From positions 1 to 64,000 of the forward strand of contig MU008171.1 in NCBI GenBank assembly GCA_010909165.1: a stretch of 64,000 nucleotides of DNA, written 5' to 3'. The DNA comes from Anthoceros angustus (taxonomy: Eukaryota; Plantae; Anthocerotophyta). The position numbers and the translations under genes were made by a program. The notes under the pieces were generated by a model. It searched no databases. It was not told where the DNA came from and was given only the letters and a program-made list of their open reading frames with translations. Below, one piece after another: positions 47,350 to 59,690 of the stretch (position 1 is the stretch's first letter; every line of letters starts with the position of its first letter).

Positions 47350-50155
47350 ATGGCCACATTGCTGATGCGGACGCCAGAGCTCTCCAGCAGCGCTGACAGC
47401 CTCGGCCTCCCCAACCACGCCCGCCTGCATGTTGCTGACACTGCTCCGCGCTTCTCCCGCCTGCCGCAAGCCGAGGTGACGGTAGCCAAGGGCCAGGGCC
47501 AAGCTCCCTGCGCCGGCCGCTCAAGAAGGGCCAAGAGTGTGCACAAGAAGCAGCCGCAGCGGGGACTCGGAGTTGCGCAGCTCGAGAAGCTGCGGCTGCA
47601 GGAGCAGAGCAAGCAGGAGGCTGCCTGCCTCGCCTCCTTCCACGCCTCCTTCCCGGAGCAGTGCGCCACCTCCTTGTGCTTCCAGGCGTCTGCAAACCCG
47701 GCCTGCCATGTCAAGGCTCACCTCCCGCTGCCTGTCCCTGCCCTCTCCCTCGCCACCTCCAACGACTCGCCCCTCACCTCCGACACCGATGCCTCGGGGT
47801 GCATTGTGTCCCTCGGGCCCGCGCATTCTTTCCCGGGATCCAGCTCCCGGCAGGTGAAGCTCGGACGGCCGCACGATGACGAGGCTGCACTGCCGTCGCT
47901 GGAGCTGCGGAGTCCCGGCACGCCGGTGGTCGCATTCTGCCTGGATAAGCTGGACTCGGCTGGGGCTGGGGCTGGGGCTGGGGCTGGGGCACGGAGGCGG
48001 AGAGCAGGGTTGGAGCTCGGCTCAGGGTTTGCCCGCCTAATGCTGCTTCCCTGTTCCCGAATGTATTTGCTGCGCAAGGTTCTGGCATGGATGCCCACGT
48101 CAGGTCGGAGGAGGAGCAGGAGGAGGCCAGGCGTCAGGCCAAGAGGGTGTATGGGGAAAGAGGGAACGAGGCTACTCGCATCAGCGGAAGGGATCCGCTT
48201 ACGTTCATGGATCTTGATTATTATGACTCGGACGCCTCTCACCTGCAGAGGAGCCACAGGCTAGAGGAGCTCTCTTCTTTCCAAAGCTTTTCAAGCAACC
48301 AAGTCTGGTCTTCCGGGGAAAAGGCAAGCGTTTGGACCTGGCGTCTAGTGTGCGCTCTAGTAGGGGCTCCCCAGTTTCCTGTCTCTTTGGGCTATATACT
48401 GACTGACCTTAGGCGTGGAAAGGCCAGTGTAGTGCAGTGTGGTGTTGTTTGTCAGATAGCAAACGCGTTGGTTATGTTGCCGGCACAAATGAGCATTCAT
48501 CTCTCCATTTCGATTTGTTTGACAACGCAGATTCTTGGAAGGAAACGACCTTGGGGTGCTATGCAAGACAGACTCAAGTCTCTGAACAGCTCTAATGGAC
48601 TGGATCTCAACTCCGAAAGTTGCAAGCAAGATGTGCTGCAGACGGAGCAGCACAGCACGAGTGCTGCTGCCCACGTAGCAGACAACCAGGCCGGAGTTCA
48701 TTACACAACTGGAACTGTGAGGTACTTATACTTCACTGCTTCACATTGTTGCGTCGTGCTGGTTCCAGGGCCCTTCCTCGAAGATGGCCTCACCACGTTT
48801 TGAAGGCAAGTTTGCTAAACTGTAGACCCGGCTGGCTTTCCAGAACGGCCCTGGGCCAGACATCGTGTCTACCCATCATGAGTAAGGGAAAGCAGAGTTG
48901 CCCAACCTCTCAGAGGCAGGACAGTGGGAGCCCTTCCTCTGTTAGCGGATGTTTTTCAGAGATGAGTGTCTTTCCTGTCCCGGCCCTGCATTCGGAGTTG
49001 TGTACAGTGAAAGACAGTTGCTCAAGCGCATCTCCAAATAGTACATACTCTGTTGCTGGGCGGATTGGAGGCTTGGAGATCACAGACGTTTCAGATGATG
49101 TTGGCATCAGTCCCCCAGTATCCGACAATGATTTTTTGAGTCTGGGGCTCTCAAGCTGTGCATACCTTCCCCAAGAACAGTACGACAACAAAGAGGGTAT
49201 TCGGAGTAGTGACGGGAACACACAACGACAGGATAGCTTGAAGCAAAGCATGTCCAATACCTGTATCAATGGTCAATCTTCTAGCAAAGTGCAGCTATCA
49301 CTGAATTGCAAGGTACTCGACTTTTGCCTTTCACCGTAACCTACCATGGAAGTCCTAGTCTTCTGTTTGGTAAGTAGAGCATGGAAGTGGGATCTGGAAC
49401 GTAAAGGCGTGCTTTGCCTGTCCAGCACCTCAGGGGCAGCTTGCAGCAGGGACAATCCACGTGACCCCGATGAGGTTGCTTTCTTTCATTATGTCACACA
49501 GCAAATCTTACGTCGTCGGGGAGTTTTTATTTCTTGCTGAGCTGTAGTGGGCATGCTTTCAGAAGCACTCGGGAGTCAGTGTCTGGATATCAGTCCAAGG
49601 GCAAGGGAAACTATCTTGGTACAATTTTTTTCCCACTTTTTTGATCCACTTTGAAAGTCTAGGTGTGTCGAAGAGAGAACCCATATCCTTGTCCCAAAGT
49701 ACTTCAGGCGTGACGAGCGGGGGAAGCGGGGTGTGGGGAGTTGGGGAGGGGACAAGAGGAGTGTAGACAAATGCTCCATGGAACAAAGGTCCCTTGCGTG
49801 TTGTCATCTGGTGCACAGCTGAGAATGCCATGCTCTGCTTTGGTATGTTCCCATGTTGTCCACGATGTAGGAACGCTGGCTTAGAACTTGCTCTGACGTT
49901 CGAACATTTGTGTCACAGGAACAAAATTGTGAGGTGGCTACGGACAAAAAGTGTTGCAGTTTTGACTCCGGCCAGGAGAGGAATGTGCTCACCTCAAGTG
50001 ATTGGACGGGCCTACCTAGCACACCACTGGAAGTTTACAACAAGACTCTTGTCTCGTCATATGGTAGAGGCCTCGAAGGCAACCATGAGCTGGTGCTTTA
50101 TCTAAAGAAGTGTTCCGAGGACAGCTTGGATTTGAGCCTGAAGTTAGCCTTGTGA
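47350..50155 (+). CDS. SPOROCYTELESS/NOZZLE-like EAR-motif transcriptional repressor (SPEAR/TIE family), multi-exon, one apparent frameshift near 47960-47990
   Basis: N-terminal SPL motif KKQPQRGLGVAQLEKLRLQE (47545-47603), internal ILGRKRPW and DFLSLG, C-terminal EAR motif LDLSLKL (50126-50146) just before the stop. Confidence 0.8.
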
Positions 50156-50413
50156 GACCTGGCTAGCCGTAGTGCTTTGTGCAACCTTAGGCTTTGACAG
50201 AAGCCACAACTCTTGCTACGCACAAGGACGATCGATTCCTGGATTGTGAAGTAGGTCCTAGTTCACAAATCCGCTGTCGCAAGACATATCATGTATCTGC
50301 TAATTGTGCATGTGTTTTTCCTTAAAAAGCCCAACTTGAACTGGAGATGTGACGGTCCCTTCACCGAGTGTCATGTTACCACCCAAGCCTCGTGAGGAGT
50401 GTGTCCCACTGCT

Positions 50414-53025
50414 ATGGAGGGTGGCACCAGGGAGGGTGAGACGTGCTCACCTAGCGGTGAGCAGCTCCTGGATCGTCTGGATTGCATCTTCGAGTGGGAT
50501 CCCCTTATGTACTGTCTACCCTCTCTTTCGTGGTCCGTCGTCTTCCCTGTGGCTGTAGGGGATCCTCACCTGGACTGCCTTTGGTGCTTGCAGCGATGAA
50601 GTCGGCTTTGTCCATCCGTCACAAGTGTCAAGCCTGCACCTTGCGGGCAACTGCTCGGCCAATGACCTTGCGCTCTCTCCCTTGGTTGGAGAGATACCTC
50701 ACGATGAGGACGGTGCTCGCGATAGACTGGTGGTCTACTGCGGGAACCACAAGCTAGCCATCGCCTTCCCGGCACTACAGGCCTTGTACAGGACCGCCAG
50801 ATCCATCTTCGCCAGCGCCAGCGAGCAGTACAGGTCTTGCTCACCGGTCCATGGAACTCGTGTCTCCACTGCGGAGACCTCCAAACTGGAGGACACGCTT
50901 TTGAGCTGCTCCAGAGCTCTTGTTATCGTCAACTGCGATCATGCCAGTGCTTGGAACATCCGGTATTTTCTTCTGCTGCTGCCTCTCGAGTTCACAGGTT
51001 TCGTTTTGTGGCTGGCTCCGGTGTGAACTTCCAACTTCCTATGTTTTGCAGGAAACGGATTTTCTCGGGCAGGCCTGTCACTTCAGATGCAATGACTGCA
51101 GAGCTTCGCCTATCTAGCGTTGTCCTCTGTTGTAGACCAAAAAGTGAGGAAACATGGAGTCACAGGTGCGACTGCGCTTACATCCGTATCGCTCGTTGGT
51201 ATGGCTGAATGATTGGACGGTGACCAACACCCACTTTTGTCTTGATCATGTAGGCGGTGGGCGATAAAAATGTTGCTTGCACATGGGACTGGGTCTATTA
51301 ACATTGATAAAGTCCTTGAGGATGAATCATTGCTCGTAGAGCTCTTCGCCGAGGTAAACAATGTGCTGTAATCCCGTTCTGCAGGGTTGAAATTTTGCCA
51401 TGGTTTGGGTTGAAGGGGGCCTCATGACAATAGACCGTAAGTTCTTTTGGGTCCCTCGGTTGTCATACTTGCACATGCTGATTGTTGATGCCTGCTTGTA
51501 ATGCTTGTTCTTTTCTCTTATGTCAGTACGCCATCCTCGGAGTGCAGACAGGGGGCTTACAGCCGCCTTCTTGATTGGGGTGTGGCAGAGATCACACATG
51601 AATTATCGAGCATGGCGACATCGCTACTGGCTTGTCTCATTCATGTCACTGTCCCAGGTGGTGCCCATTGTTCCTTTCGCACGTGTCCTGCCGTTTCTGT
51701 CTCTGTAGGCAGATGTTGCTCTTGTAGTTTTTTTTGGACTCTCAGTTCTGTCATTTTCTGAGCACGTTCAGTTTTTGTTATGTTTGAAGTCTTTAAATCT
51801 TTGTTTCTGCTGTACAGATAACCTCAGAGCTGAAGAGAACAAAAGCATGGGCTCAAGCTCATGTTTCGGACAACTGCTGTTTTCATTATCGAAGGGTCTG
51901 AAATCTGTTATATACCACACCAAGCTCTCCTTGTATTTTTTCATGACCATGTGTTCTGGTTCTGAAGCTTGGCAATTGCATGGCTATGCGTATGATTTTG
52001 TGAGCGGCCAGTGGATTCATGCAGCAATGCATCACGTCATAGTCTTGGCATGACAGTGAGATATCCCATGGTTGAAGGATGCTGCTTTGCTGTTGCCAGT
52101 GTTTGTTGCGACGAGTGCGGGAAGGAAGCCCTTCCGACCTACAGGGGAGGGATCGCTTTAGTGCAGCCAGTATTTTGGACTGTGCCCCAGCTGCATACTG
52201 GAAGGTACATGCCTCGTCGACCTGGAGTGTTTACAACTTCTCAACCGTTGCTGGCACCTTGTTGCTTTGTGGTCATGGAGTCTGGTTTGTTTCCTCTTTA
52301 TTTTGACCGATTCCCGCCCTTGCAGGAGGAGCTTATTTGGAACAGAGACTTGATTTGCCGTTTCTTAGGGCATGAGGTGAGCCGTCTCACTGTTCAAGAC
52401 ATGCAGCTTGTGGGGATTCCCGTTTCACCTAGGATCTCCCAGTGCCGCTCTATGCTGCTGCCATTACTGATCTCTGACCTCTCTGCTTGCCTACAGGCCT
52501 TGTGGGTGCATCGGCGGTTTCTGGTAGGATCTTGGCCATGGCAGTCAACGACCGATCAAGATGGGCATAGTCACATCAGTCCAGTCAGCAGCGAGGATAA
52601 CCTGTCACCTGTCTCGACCATCTCAGTCAAAAGCGAGCTCACGATGGCTGATCTGTGCATCTCCTCGTGCACGTCGTCGACACCAGATGCCCTACGGCAG
52701 CGGGAGTTTGCTGCTACTTACAAGCTCTGGCTTCTGGCCCAGGTAGGCAGAAAGATGCTGTGCTCGCCAGCCGGTTTCAGGTTGTTTTCTGCCGGGACAC
52801 TGTCGGTGATCGATGCGGTCGTGCTGATGGCAGGATGAGAAGAAGTGCAGTGAGTTCGCTACCACAGGCCTGGACCTTGATAGCATTGGAAGTCTCTTGA
52901 GCGACGCTAGCGGGCATCGACAACGTCTCTGGGATGGGCTGGTGCCCAACCTTTTCCAGCCAAGGGGGAGTAAGAACAGTGGAGCGGATGTCGTGTTGTG
53001 CCACTCTATTAGTACGCTCAGCTAG
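50414..53025 (+). CDS. PTAR1: Protein prenyltransferase alpha-subunit repeat-containing protein 1 (PTAR1-like), multi-exon
   Basis: Exonic motifs DEVGFVHP, HKLAI, ALVIVNCDHASAWNIR, PKSEETWSHR, MNYRAWRHR, WAQAHVSDNCCFHYRR, EELIWNRDLICRFLGHE and ALWVHRRFL. Confidence 0.85.
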
Positions 53026-53580
53026 AAGCATGTATATGTATGTCCATTGTATCTACTCCTTCAAACGAGTCCGCTACTTTCTCCCAGCCATTGGAGGGCA
53101 AGGCATATCCAAAGGGCAGAGCACCCATCTCGTTGCGCCAGTTCCTCGCACTGTTGCACGACCTCATGCAGAACCTCGCAGATTCGCATCGCTTGGAACT
53201 ATGCGGCTTTGCTCTACAAATCCAATGGATCAAAGATCTGCTACTTCTTGTTTGCACTTTGTCGGATCTCAGAGGGAATCGTTTACTGTTGTAGCTACCT
53301 CGATGCCATTTACAGCGGAATGGAGATACGTTCGTTTGCGAGCTCCTCGACACACTCTCCACAAAGCACACAGCAACTCTTCTTTGCAGCAAGGGCCACA
53401 CAACTGGCTGGGTGGGCCACCAGCCTCGGTCAAGTCTGTGAGCTTTGGCCATGGGTATTTTGCCCAACTCCATCTGCAGGGCCAGTGGAGGTGGCTGCTG
53501 TGGTTCCAAGCTTCCAGCAGGAACGTAGCCGTGTAGATCCTCCCTTAGCTCGTGGGAGGGGGTTGGGGAAGGCAGCTGGT

Positions 53581-55564
53581 ATGGCAGATTTATATGGATG
53601 GAGCCTTGGCGTGTTGGGTCTCCCTTTGTGGAGCATTCTCCTAGCTGTGGGAGTGGTTGCCCTTTTTGCTGTGAAGCGGAATGGAAGGAAGAGCAGCAAT
53701 CTCCCGCCTGGTCCACTTCCGCTTCCGGTTGTGGGAAATCTGCACTTGTTTGCAACCTCCAGACCATTGCACAGGGAACTTGCCAAGCTGGCTGCCAAGT
53801 ACGGCGAAATAGTGTGGGTAAAGTTGGGCTCCAAGGGAGCGATAGTGGTCTCCTCACCAGCCATGGCTCGAGAGATTCTCAAGAACCAGGATGCCGTGTT
53901 TGCTTTTCGATCCAAGACCTTTGCCATCGCCCAGCTAACTTTCGATGACATATCCTTTGCACCGTATGGTCCAGCGCTGCTCCAATCCAAGTAAGTTTTG
54001 TGGGTTTAATCGGAGTATCGTACTGCCCAATGCCCATCATGTATGCAGCCCGGCCGGACGGTGCCAATGCTGACACCACCGTACTCTGATAGGAAGGTGA
54101 TGGCGTCAGAGCTGATGTCTGGTAAGAGGCTAAAACAATTCGAGGGAGTACGGTCACAGGAAATTGCTGCCGTGGTTGCCACAATCCGAAGTCACGTTAC
54201 CAAGTCCGGGTCTGGGGCGGGCAGGCCATCACCTGTGAACGTCACTCTCCTGCTCAACCTTCTGAATTTGAACTCCATAACTCGTATGGGCATAAGCAAG
54301 AAATTCTTTGACTACGATATACAAGAAGATACCGAAAAGCAAAGCACCTCAGATGCAAACAAGGTAGTCGGATTCGACTTGCTTTCACGATCGGTCTGGT
54401 GTACTAACAGGGTCTCTCGGTTTTGTCTCTCTTACGCTTGTTGGGACTTCGAATGAGCAGGATATTTGGGATGCACAGACTTTCCTCAGCCTCATGAAAG
54501 AGCTCATATCAGTGATTGCAACCCAGCTGTTCCGGGATTGTATCCCCTATCTGTCCATTTTCGACAACTTGAATCCTGTCAAGTACAGAATTCAGCGGAT
54601 CCGCAAGCGGATGGGCCAATTCTTAACAGCTGTGATCGAGGAACACCGCAACGAGTTAAGAAAAGACTCGGGCCGACGTGCAGAAGACTATCTTGACGCC
54701 TTATTGCAGTTGAATGAAGAAGGGCAGCTATCCAACGATTCTGTGAAGGGACAGGTCATTGTAAGCCCCCAACTGAGAGCTACGGTGACCTGTGTGGTCG
54801 AATGTAGGAAAAGTTCATGTTAGCTGGGTTAGCAACACTGACGCTCGATTTGAAGGACATGATTTTGGCAGGGACCGACACAACAGCCTCTACTACGGAA
54901 TTTGCGATGGCTGAGTTATTGCGACATCCTGCAACTTTGGAGGGAGCAGCAAAGGAGGTGAATTCTGTGGTGAGCAGCGATCGGCAGGTTACCGAAGCAG
55001 ATCTTCCGAAACTGCCGTATCTTGGAGCCATAGTGAAAGAGACGCTCAGGTTACATCCAGTTGTGCCTTTGTTAGTTCCTCATTGCTCTGTGGAGGACAC
55101 CAAGGTAGCAGGCTACGACATTCCTGCCCAAACAATCGTGTTTGTCAATGCATGGGCCATAAGTACAGACCCTGCTGTGTGGAAGGATCCCCTCCAATTC
55201 ATTCCGGAAAGGTTTATCGACAGGTGCCCATCATTTCCTTAGTTTCAAGTTTCATTCGTGCCCTGCCATAGCTCACATCACGGTGACTCCAGGGATTGCT
55301 GTACGACTGTGCAGGCCAGACGTGGATATTCGGGGCCAGAGCTTTGAGGTCCTACCTTTTGGTTCTGGAAGAAGAGGTTGCGCAGGCACGAACTTAGGTT
55401 TATCAATGGCGCACCTCACTCTTGCGACTCTGCTGCACAACTTTCTGTGGTCTCTTCCCGAAAACGTAAAGCAACCTCAAGACCTGGACATGACCGAGAG
55501 GAAGGGACTCGGCATGAGCAGGGTTGAACCCTTACAAGTTGTGTTCTCGCTTAGACATGGTTGA
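53581..55564 (+). CDS. Cytochrome P450, CYP71 clan (A-type), 5 exons
   Basis: Hydrophobic anchor plus LPPGPLPLPVVGNLHL, I-helix [18 protein letters not shown], and heme motif FGSGRRGCAG. Inferred introns start at ~53991, 54364, 54761 and 55224. Confidence 0.92.
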
Positions 55565-56871
55565 GAAGAGACTAATATCATGACTCTCAGGTTGCTGGGC
55601 TCCATTTTCTCAGTCGTATGTTTGTTATGAGATTGTAGAGTCCGCCCAGTCCCAGGAAAAGACACAGGATGATGATTGATTTCGTTCAAGCTTCGCCCGG
55701 ACTCGAACTAGAAAGCTTCCGGGCGTTGGACTGACGCGATAACTAACTAACAATATCAACAATGATATTCACCAAGCCTGAAAGTTAAAGAGCAATCATG
55801 ATAATATTTTATCGAAATCAATCATGATAGATCAGGATGTTTTCGTAGTAGATTTCTTCTTCTTCTTCTATTATGAATATATTAAATAAAAAATTATAAC
55901 ATATCAATGCATCAGCCATTTTAGCTGAGTGACGGAAGTTCATTAATTCTGTTAAAAAAATTTGTACGGAACAAGTTTTCTTGAACAAGCGGCACATGTT
56001 AGTGAGAAAACAATGTAAGCAGATACAATCCCCGTTGCAACCAACCCTACAAATATCTTGCTAATAGCACTTCATAGCATTTCATACAACCACTACTAGA
56101 GGCATTAAGAAAACTAAAACTATGACGATGACCTCCGCGTAGGCCATGCAAAAAAAAGATGGGAAGAGGCAGTGAATGTTGCCCATTCAAGATCAATACA
56201 AAAAGTCGAGATGGCTGGCACAAGCCTGGGCCTTAAAAGGGCTAGGGCAACGGCTAGGAAGTTGGTGAGCTAGATGCCTTGGTGAGTTAGGTTTCAGTGG
56301 ATCAGCAGCAAATTTTAGAGGCTGTTTTCACCAGTACCGAGGTTTTCCAAGCTCTCCAGGCTATGCCATTGACAAGTCCCTGAGGCATGATGGCATTTCT
56401 AAAGAGTTTGTGGTTCGGGGATGGGAGTTTATGCATTCTTCGCCTCAGGTAGCTATGGAGGATATGTGGCAAGCTGGCTCGCCTTGTTCTTGGTTTAATG
56501 AGAGCTTGATAACTCTCTTACCCAAAACTGATGTGGCCTGGATAACCTAATGTTGCGTCGTAAAGCAAAATGGTAGCTTAACTAACAGAAGATACCACCT
56601 ACCTCCGCCCTTGGACTTTCTTTGAGACATAAGACTTTGTGGAGTGACATTTTCTTTGGCGTTTGTCTTCAATTCGGCTTCGGGCAAAGTTTATCCTGTT
56701 GGGTTGCTATCTTCTTCGAGGATGATGGAACCAGAGTGTTATCATTATCATTATTCACAAAATGATCTCGCACTTTAGACCTCGCACGAGGGAGACCGGT
56801 GTGCTTAGAAACTAGGATGATTGCAAATGTTTTTTTAAACAACTAAAGGGATGGCACCACATCCTGCATCG

Positions 56872-57500
56872 ATCCTGCAACTTTGGAGGAGCAGCAAAGG
56901 AGGTGAATTCTGTGGTGAGCAGCGATCGGCAGGTTACCGAAGCAGATCTTCCGAAACTGCCGTATCTTGGAGCCATAGTGAAAGAGACGCTCAGGTTACA
57001 TCCAGTTGTGCCTTTGTTAGTTCCTCATTGCTCTGTGGAGGACACCAAGGTAGCAGGCTACGACATTCCTGCCCAAACAATCGTGTTTGTCAATGCATGG
57101 GCCATAAGTACAGACCCTGCTGTGTGGAAGGATCCCCTCCAATTCATTCCGGAAAGGTTTATCGACAGGTGCCCATCATTTCCTTAGTTTCAAGTTTCAT
57201 TCGTGCCCTGCCATAGCTCACATCACGGTGACTCCAGGGATTGCTGTACGACTGTGCAGGCCAGACGTGGGGCCAGAGCTTTGAGGTCCTACCTTTGGTT
57301 CTGGAAGAAGAGGTTGCGCAGGCACGAACTTAGGTTTATCAATGGCGCACCTCACTCTTGCGACTCTGCTGCACAACTTTCTGTGGTCTCTTCCCGAAAA
57401 CGTAAAGCAACCTCAAGACCTGGACATGACCGAGAGGAAGGGACTCGGCATGAGCAGGGTTGAACCCTTACAAGTTGTGTTCTCGCTTAGACATGGTTGA
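56872..57500 (+). pseudogene. 5'-truncated duplicate of the P450 C-terminus
   Basis: KETLRLHP and PERF are present. There are small deletions in the heme exon and no N-terminal half. Confidence 0.85.
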
Positions 57501-58210
57501 GAAGAGACTAATATCATGACTCTCGGAGTTGCTGGGCTCCATTTTCTCAGTCGTATGTTTGTTATGAGATTGTAGAGTCCGCCCAGTCCCAGGAAAAGAC
57601 ACAGGATGATGATTGATTTCGTTCAAGCTTCGCCCGGACTCGAACTAGAAAGCTTCCGGGCGTTGGACTGACGCGATAACTAACTAACAATATCAACAAT
57701 GATATTCACCAAGCCTGAAAGTTAAAGAGCAATCATGATAATATTTTATCGAAATCAATCATGATAGATCAGGATGTTTTCGTAGTAGATTTCTTCTTCT
57801 TCTTCTATTATGAATATATTAAATAAAAATTATAACATATCAATGCATCAGCCATTTTAGCTGAGTGTGAAGTTCATTAATTTTAAAAATTTGTGAACAA
57901 GTTTTCAAGCGGCACATGTTAGTGAGAAAACAATGTAAGCATAATCCCGGAACCAACCCTACAAATATCTTGCTAATAGCACTTCATAGCATTTCATACA
58001 ACCACTACTAGAGGCATTAAGAAAACTAAAACTATGACGATGACCTCCGCGTAGGCCATGCAAAAAAAAGATGGGAAGAGACGAAGTGAATGTTGCCCAT
58101 TCAGCATCAATACAAAAAGTCGAGATGGCTGGCACAAGCCTGGGCCTTAAAAGGGCTAGGGCAACGGCTAGGAAGTTGGTGAGCTAGATGCCTTGGTGAG
58201 TTAGGTTTCA

Positions 58211-58450
58211 GTGGATCAGCAGCAAATTTTAGAGGCTGTTTTCACCAAGATGAGGTTTTCCAAGCTCTCCAGCTATGCCATTGACAAGTCCCTGAGGCAT
58301 GATGGCATTTCTAAAGAGTTTGTGGTTCGGGGATGGGAGTTTATGCATTCTTCGCCTCGTAGCTATGGAGGATATGTGGCTGCTTGTTCTTGGTTTAATG
58401 AGAGCTTGATAACTCTCTTACCCAAAACTGATGTGGCCTGGATAACCTAA
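58211..58450 (+). mobile_element. LINE (L1-like) ORF2 fragment; second copy at ~56290-56550 and a YLGLP fragment at ~58965-58990
   Basis: KSLRHDGISKEF..RGW...FNESLITLLPK resembles the L1 KSPGPDG..EF...W...NES.ITLIPK motif. Confidence 0.65.
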
Positions 58451-59339
58451 TGTTGCGTCGTAAAGCAAAATGGTAGCTTAACTAACAGAAGATACCACCT
58501 ACCCTCCTGTCCTTGGACTTTGCTGAGACATAAGACTTTGTGGAGTGACATTTTCTTTGGCGTTTGTCTTCAATTCGGCTTCGGGCAAAGTTTATCCTGT
58601 TGGGTTGCTATCTTCTTCGAGGATGATGGAACCAGAGTGTTATCATTATCATTATTCACAAAATGATCTCGCACTTTAGACCTCGCACGAGGGAGACCGG
58701 TGTGCTTAGAAACTAGGATGATTGCAAATGTTTTTTTAAACAACTAAAGGGATGGCACCACATCCTGGTACTGATCCGCCTGCAAGCTACTTAACTGTAG
58801 AATTCTAATCTCCGCTAGTGTATGTGCACCTCTGTCTTCGAGGGTGCACATACACCTACTGGGGGCTCACTCGCAAGTTCAGTATCAACCGTTTTATTCG
58901 TTAGGGCTATTTATCATCATCTTTGATTTCCTGATTTAATCATGTTCTTAGATAGAATGAGACTATGCGCTATCTAGGTCTTCCCTTCAATGTTCAGGAT
59001 GAGAACAAAAGTATCAACAAGTATGTTTGTCTTCAAATTTATTAAGAAGGCTTGCTCCAAGCAGCTTATCTAGATGTTTGTGGTTGGTCATGTCATTGCT
59101 ATAAACCATCTTTTAACGCTTATGCTACAAAATATGGTAGCATAAATGTTAAAATATGTTAGCATATTTTAATATTATTTAGCATATATGTTAAATATAT
59201 TATCATTTATAGTACCAATTTTTGATTTTGTGGGCTCCTTTTGTTGCGGAGTTCGAGAAGCTACAAAGGATTAAATATTTTCAACTTTCTTTGGAACAAA
59301 CCAGCTAATGCATGCCTCTTCTGCTCTTAAACGTCTTGC

Positions 59340-59690
59340 TTGAGCCTGTGAGCGAGAGCTGTGAGCTGTGAGCTGTGAGCTGTGAGCTCGAGAGCTTGTG
59401 AGCTTGTGAGCTGTGAGAGCGGCGGCAGAGCCTGGCGAGCTTGTGAGCTGTGAGCTCGAGAGCTTGTGAGCCTGTGAGCGCGAGAGCTTGTGAGCCTGTG
59501 AGCGCGAGAGCTTGTGAGCCTGTGAGCGCGAGAGCTTGTGAGCCTGTGAGCGCGAGAGCTTGTGAGCCTCTGAGCGGGCGAGCCTATGAGCATGAGAGCC
59601 TGTGAGCGCCTGATTCTATGAGAGCCCGTGTGGGTTTGTGCGAGTTTGTGTGGGCCGTTGTGAGTTTGTGTGAGTTGAATGTGTGAATTT
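59340..59690. repeat. TGTGAGC-based low-complexity array (higher-order ~24-bp unit)
   Basis: GAGCTTGTGAGCCTGTGAGCGCGA is repeated ~6 times, with flanking GTGAGC runs. Confidence 0.9.

Larger units (their letters stand above)
54924..58767. repeat. Two-copy ~1.9-kb tandem duplication (CYP 3' half plus downstream DNA)
   Basis: 54924-56858 is repeated at 56859-58767. The octamer ACATCCTG lies at both outer ends and at the junction. Confidence 0.92.

Noticed and set aside
47718-48257. Several 100-190 aa ORFs on both strands around 47.1-48.3 kb
   Set aside because: High-GC shadows of the SPEAR first exon with no recognisable motifs.
53018-53857. 279-aa minus-strand ORF and 200-aa plus-strand ORF (52934-53536) overlapping the P450 start
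   Set aside because: No domain features. They overlap PTAR1 and CYP exons in other frames and are probably chance open frames. An HDLMQNLA resemblance to the NLR MHD motif is too short to support.
56091-58012. CACTACTAGA at 56091 and 58003 as the left end of the CACTA element ending at 63252
   Set aside because: The flanking triplet (AAC) does not match the 3 bp after the right end (CAA), and no subterminal repeats follow.
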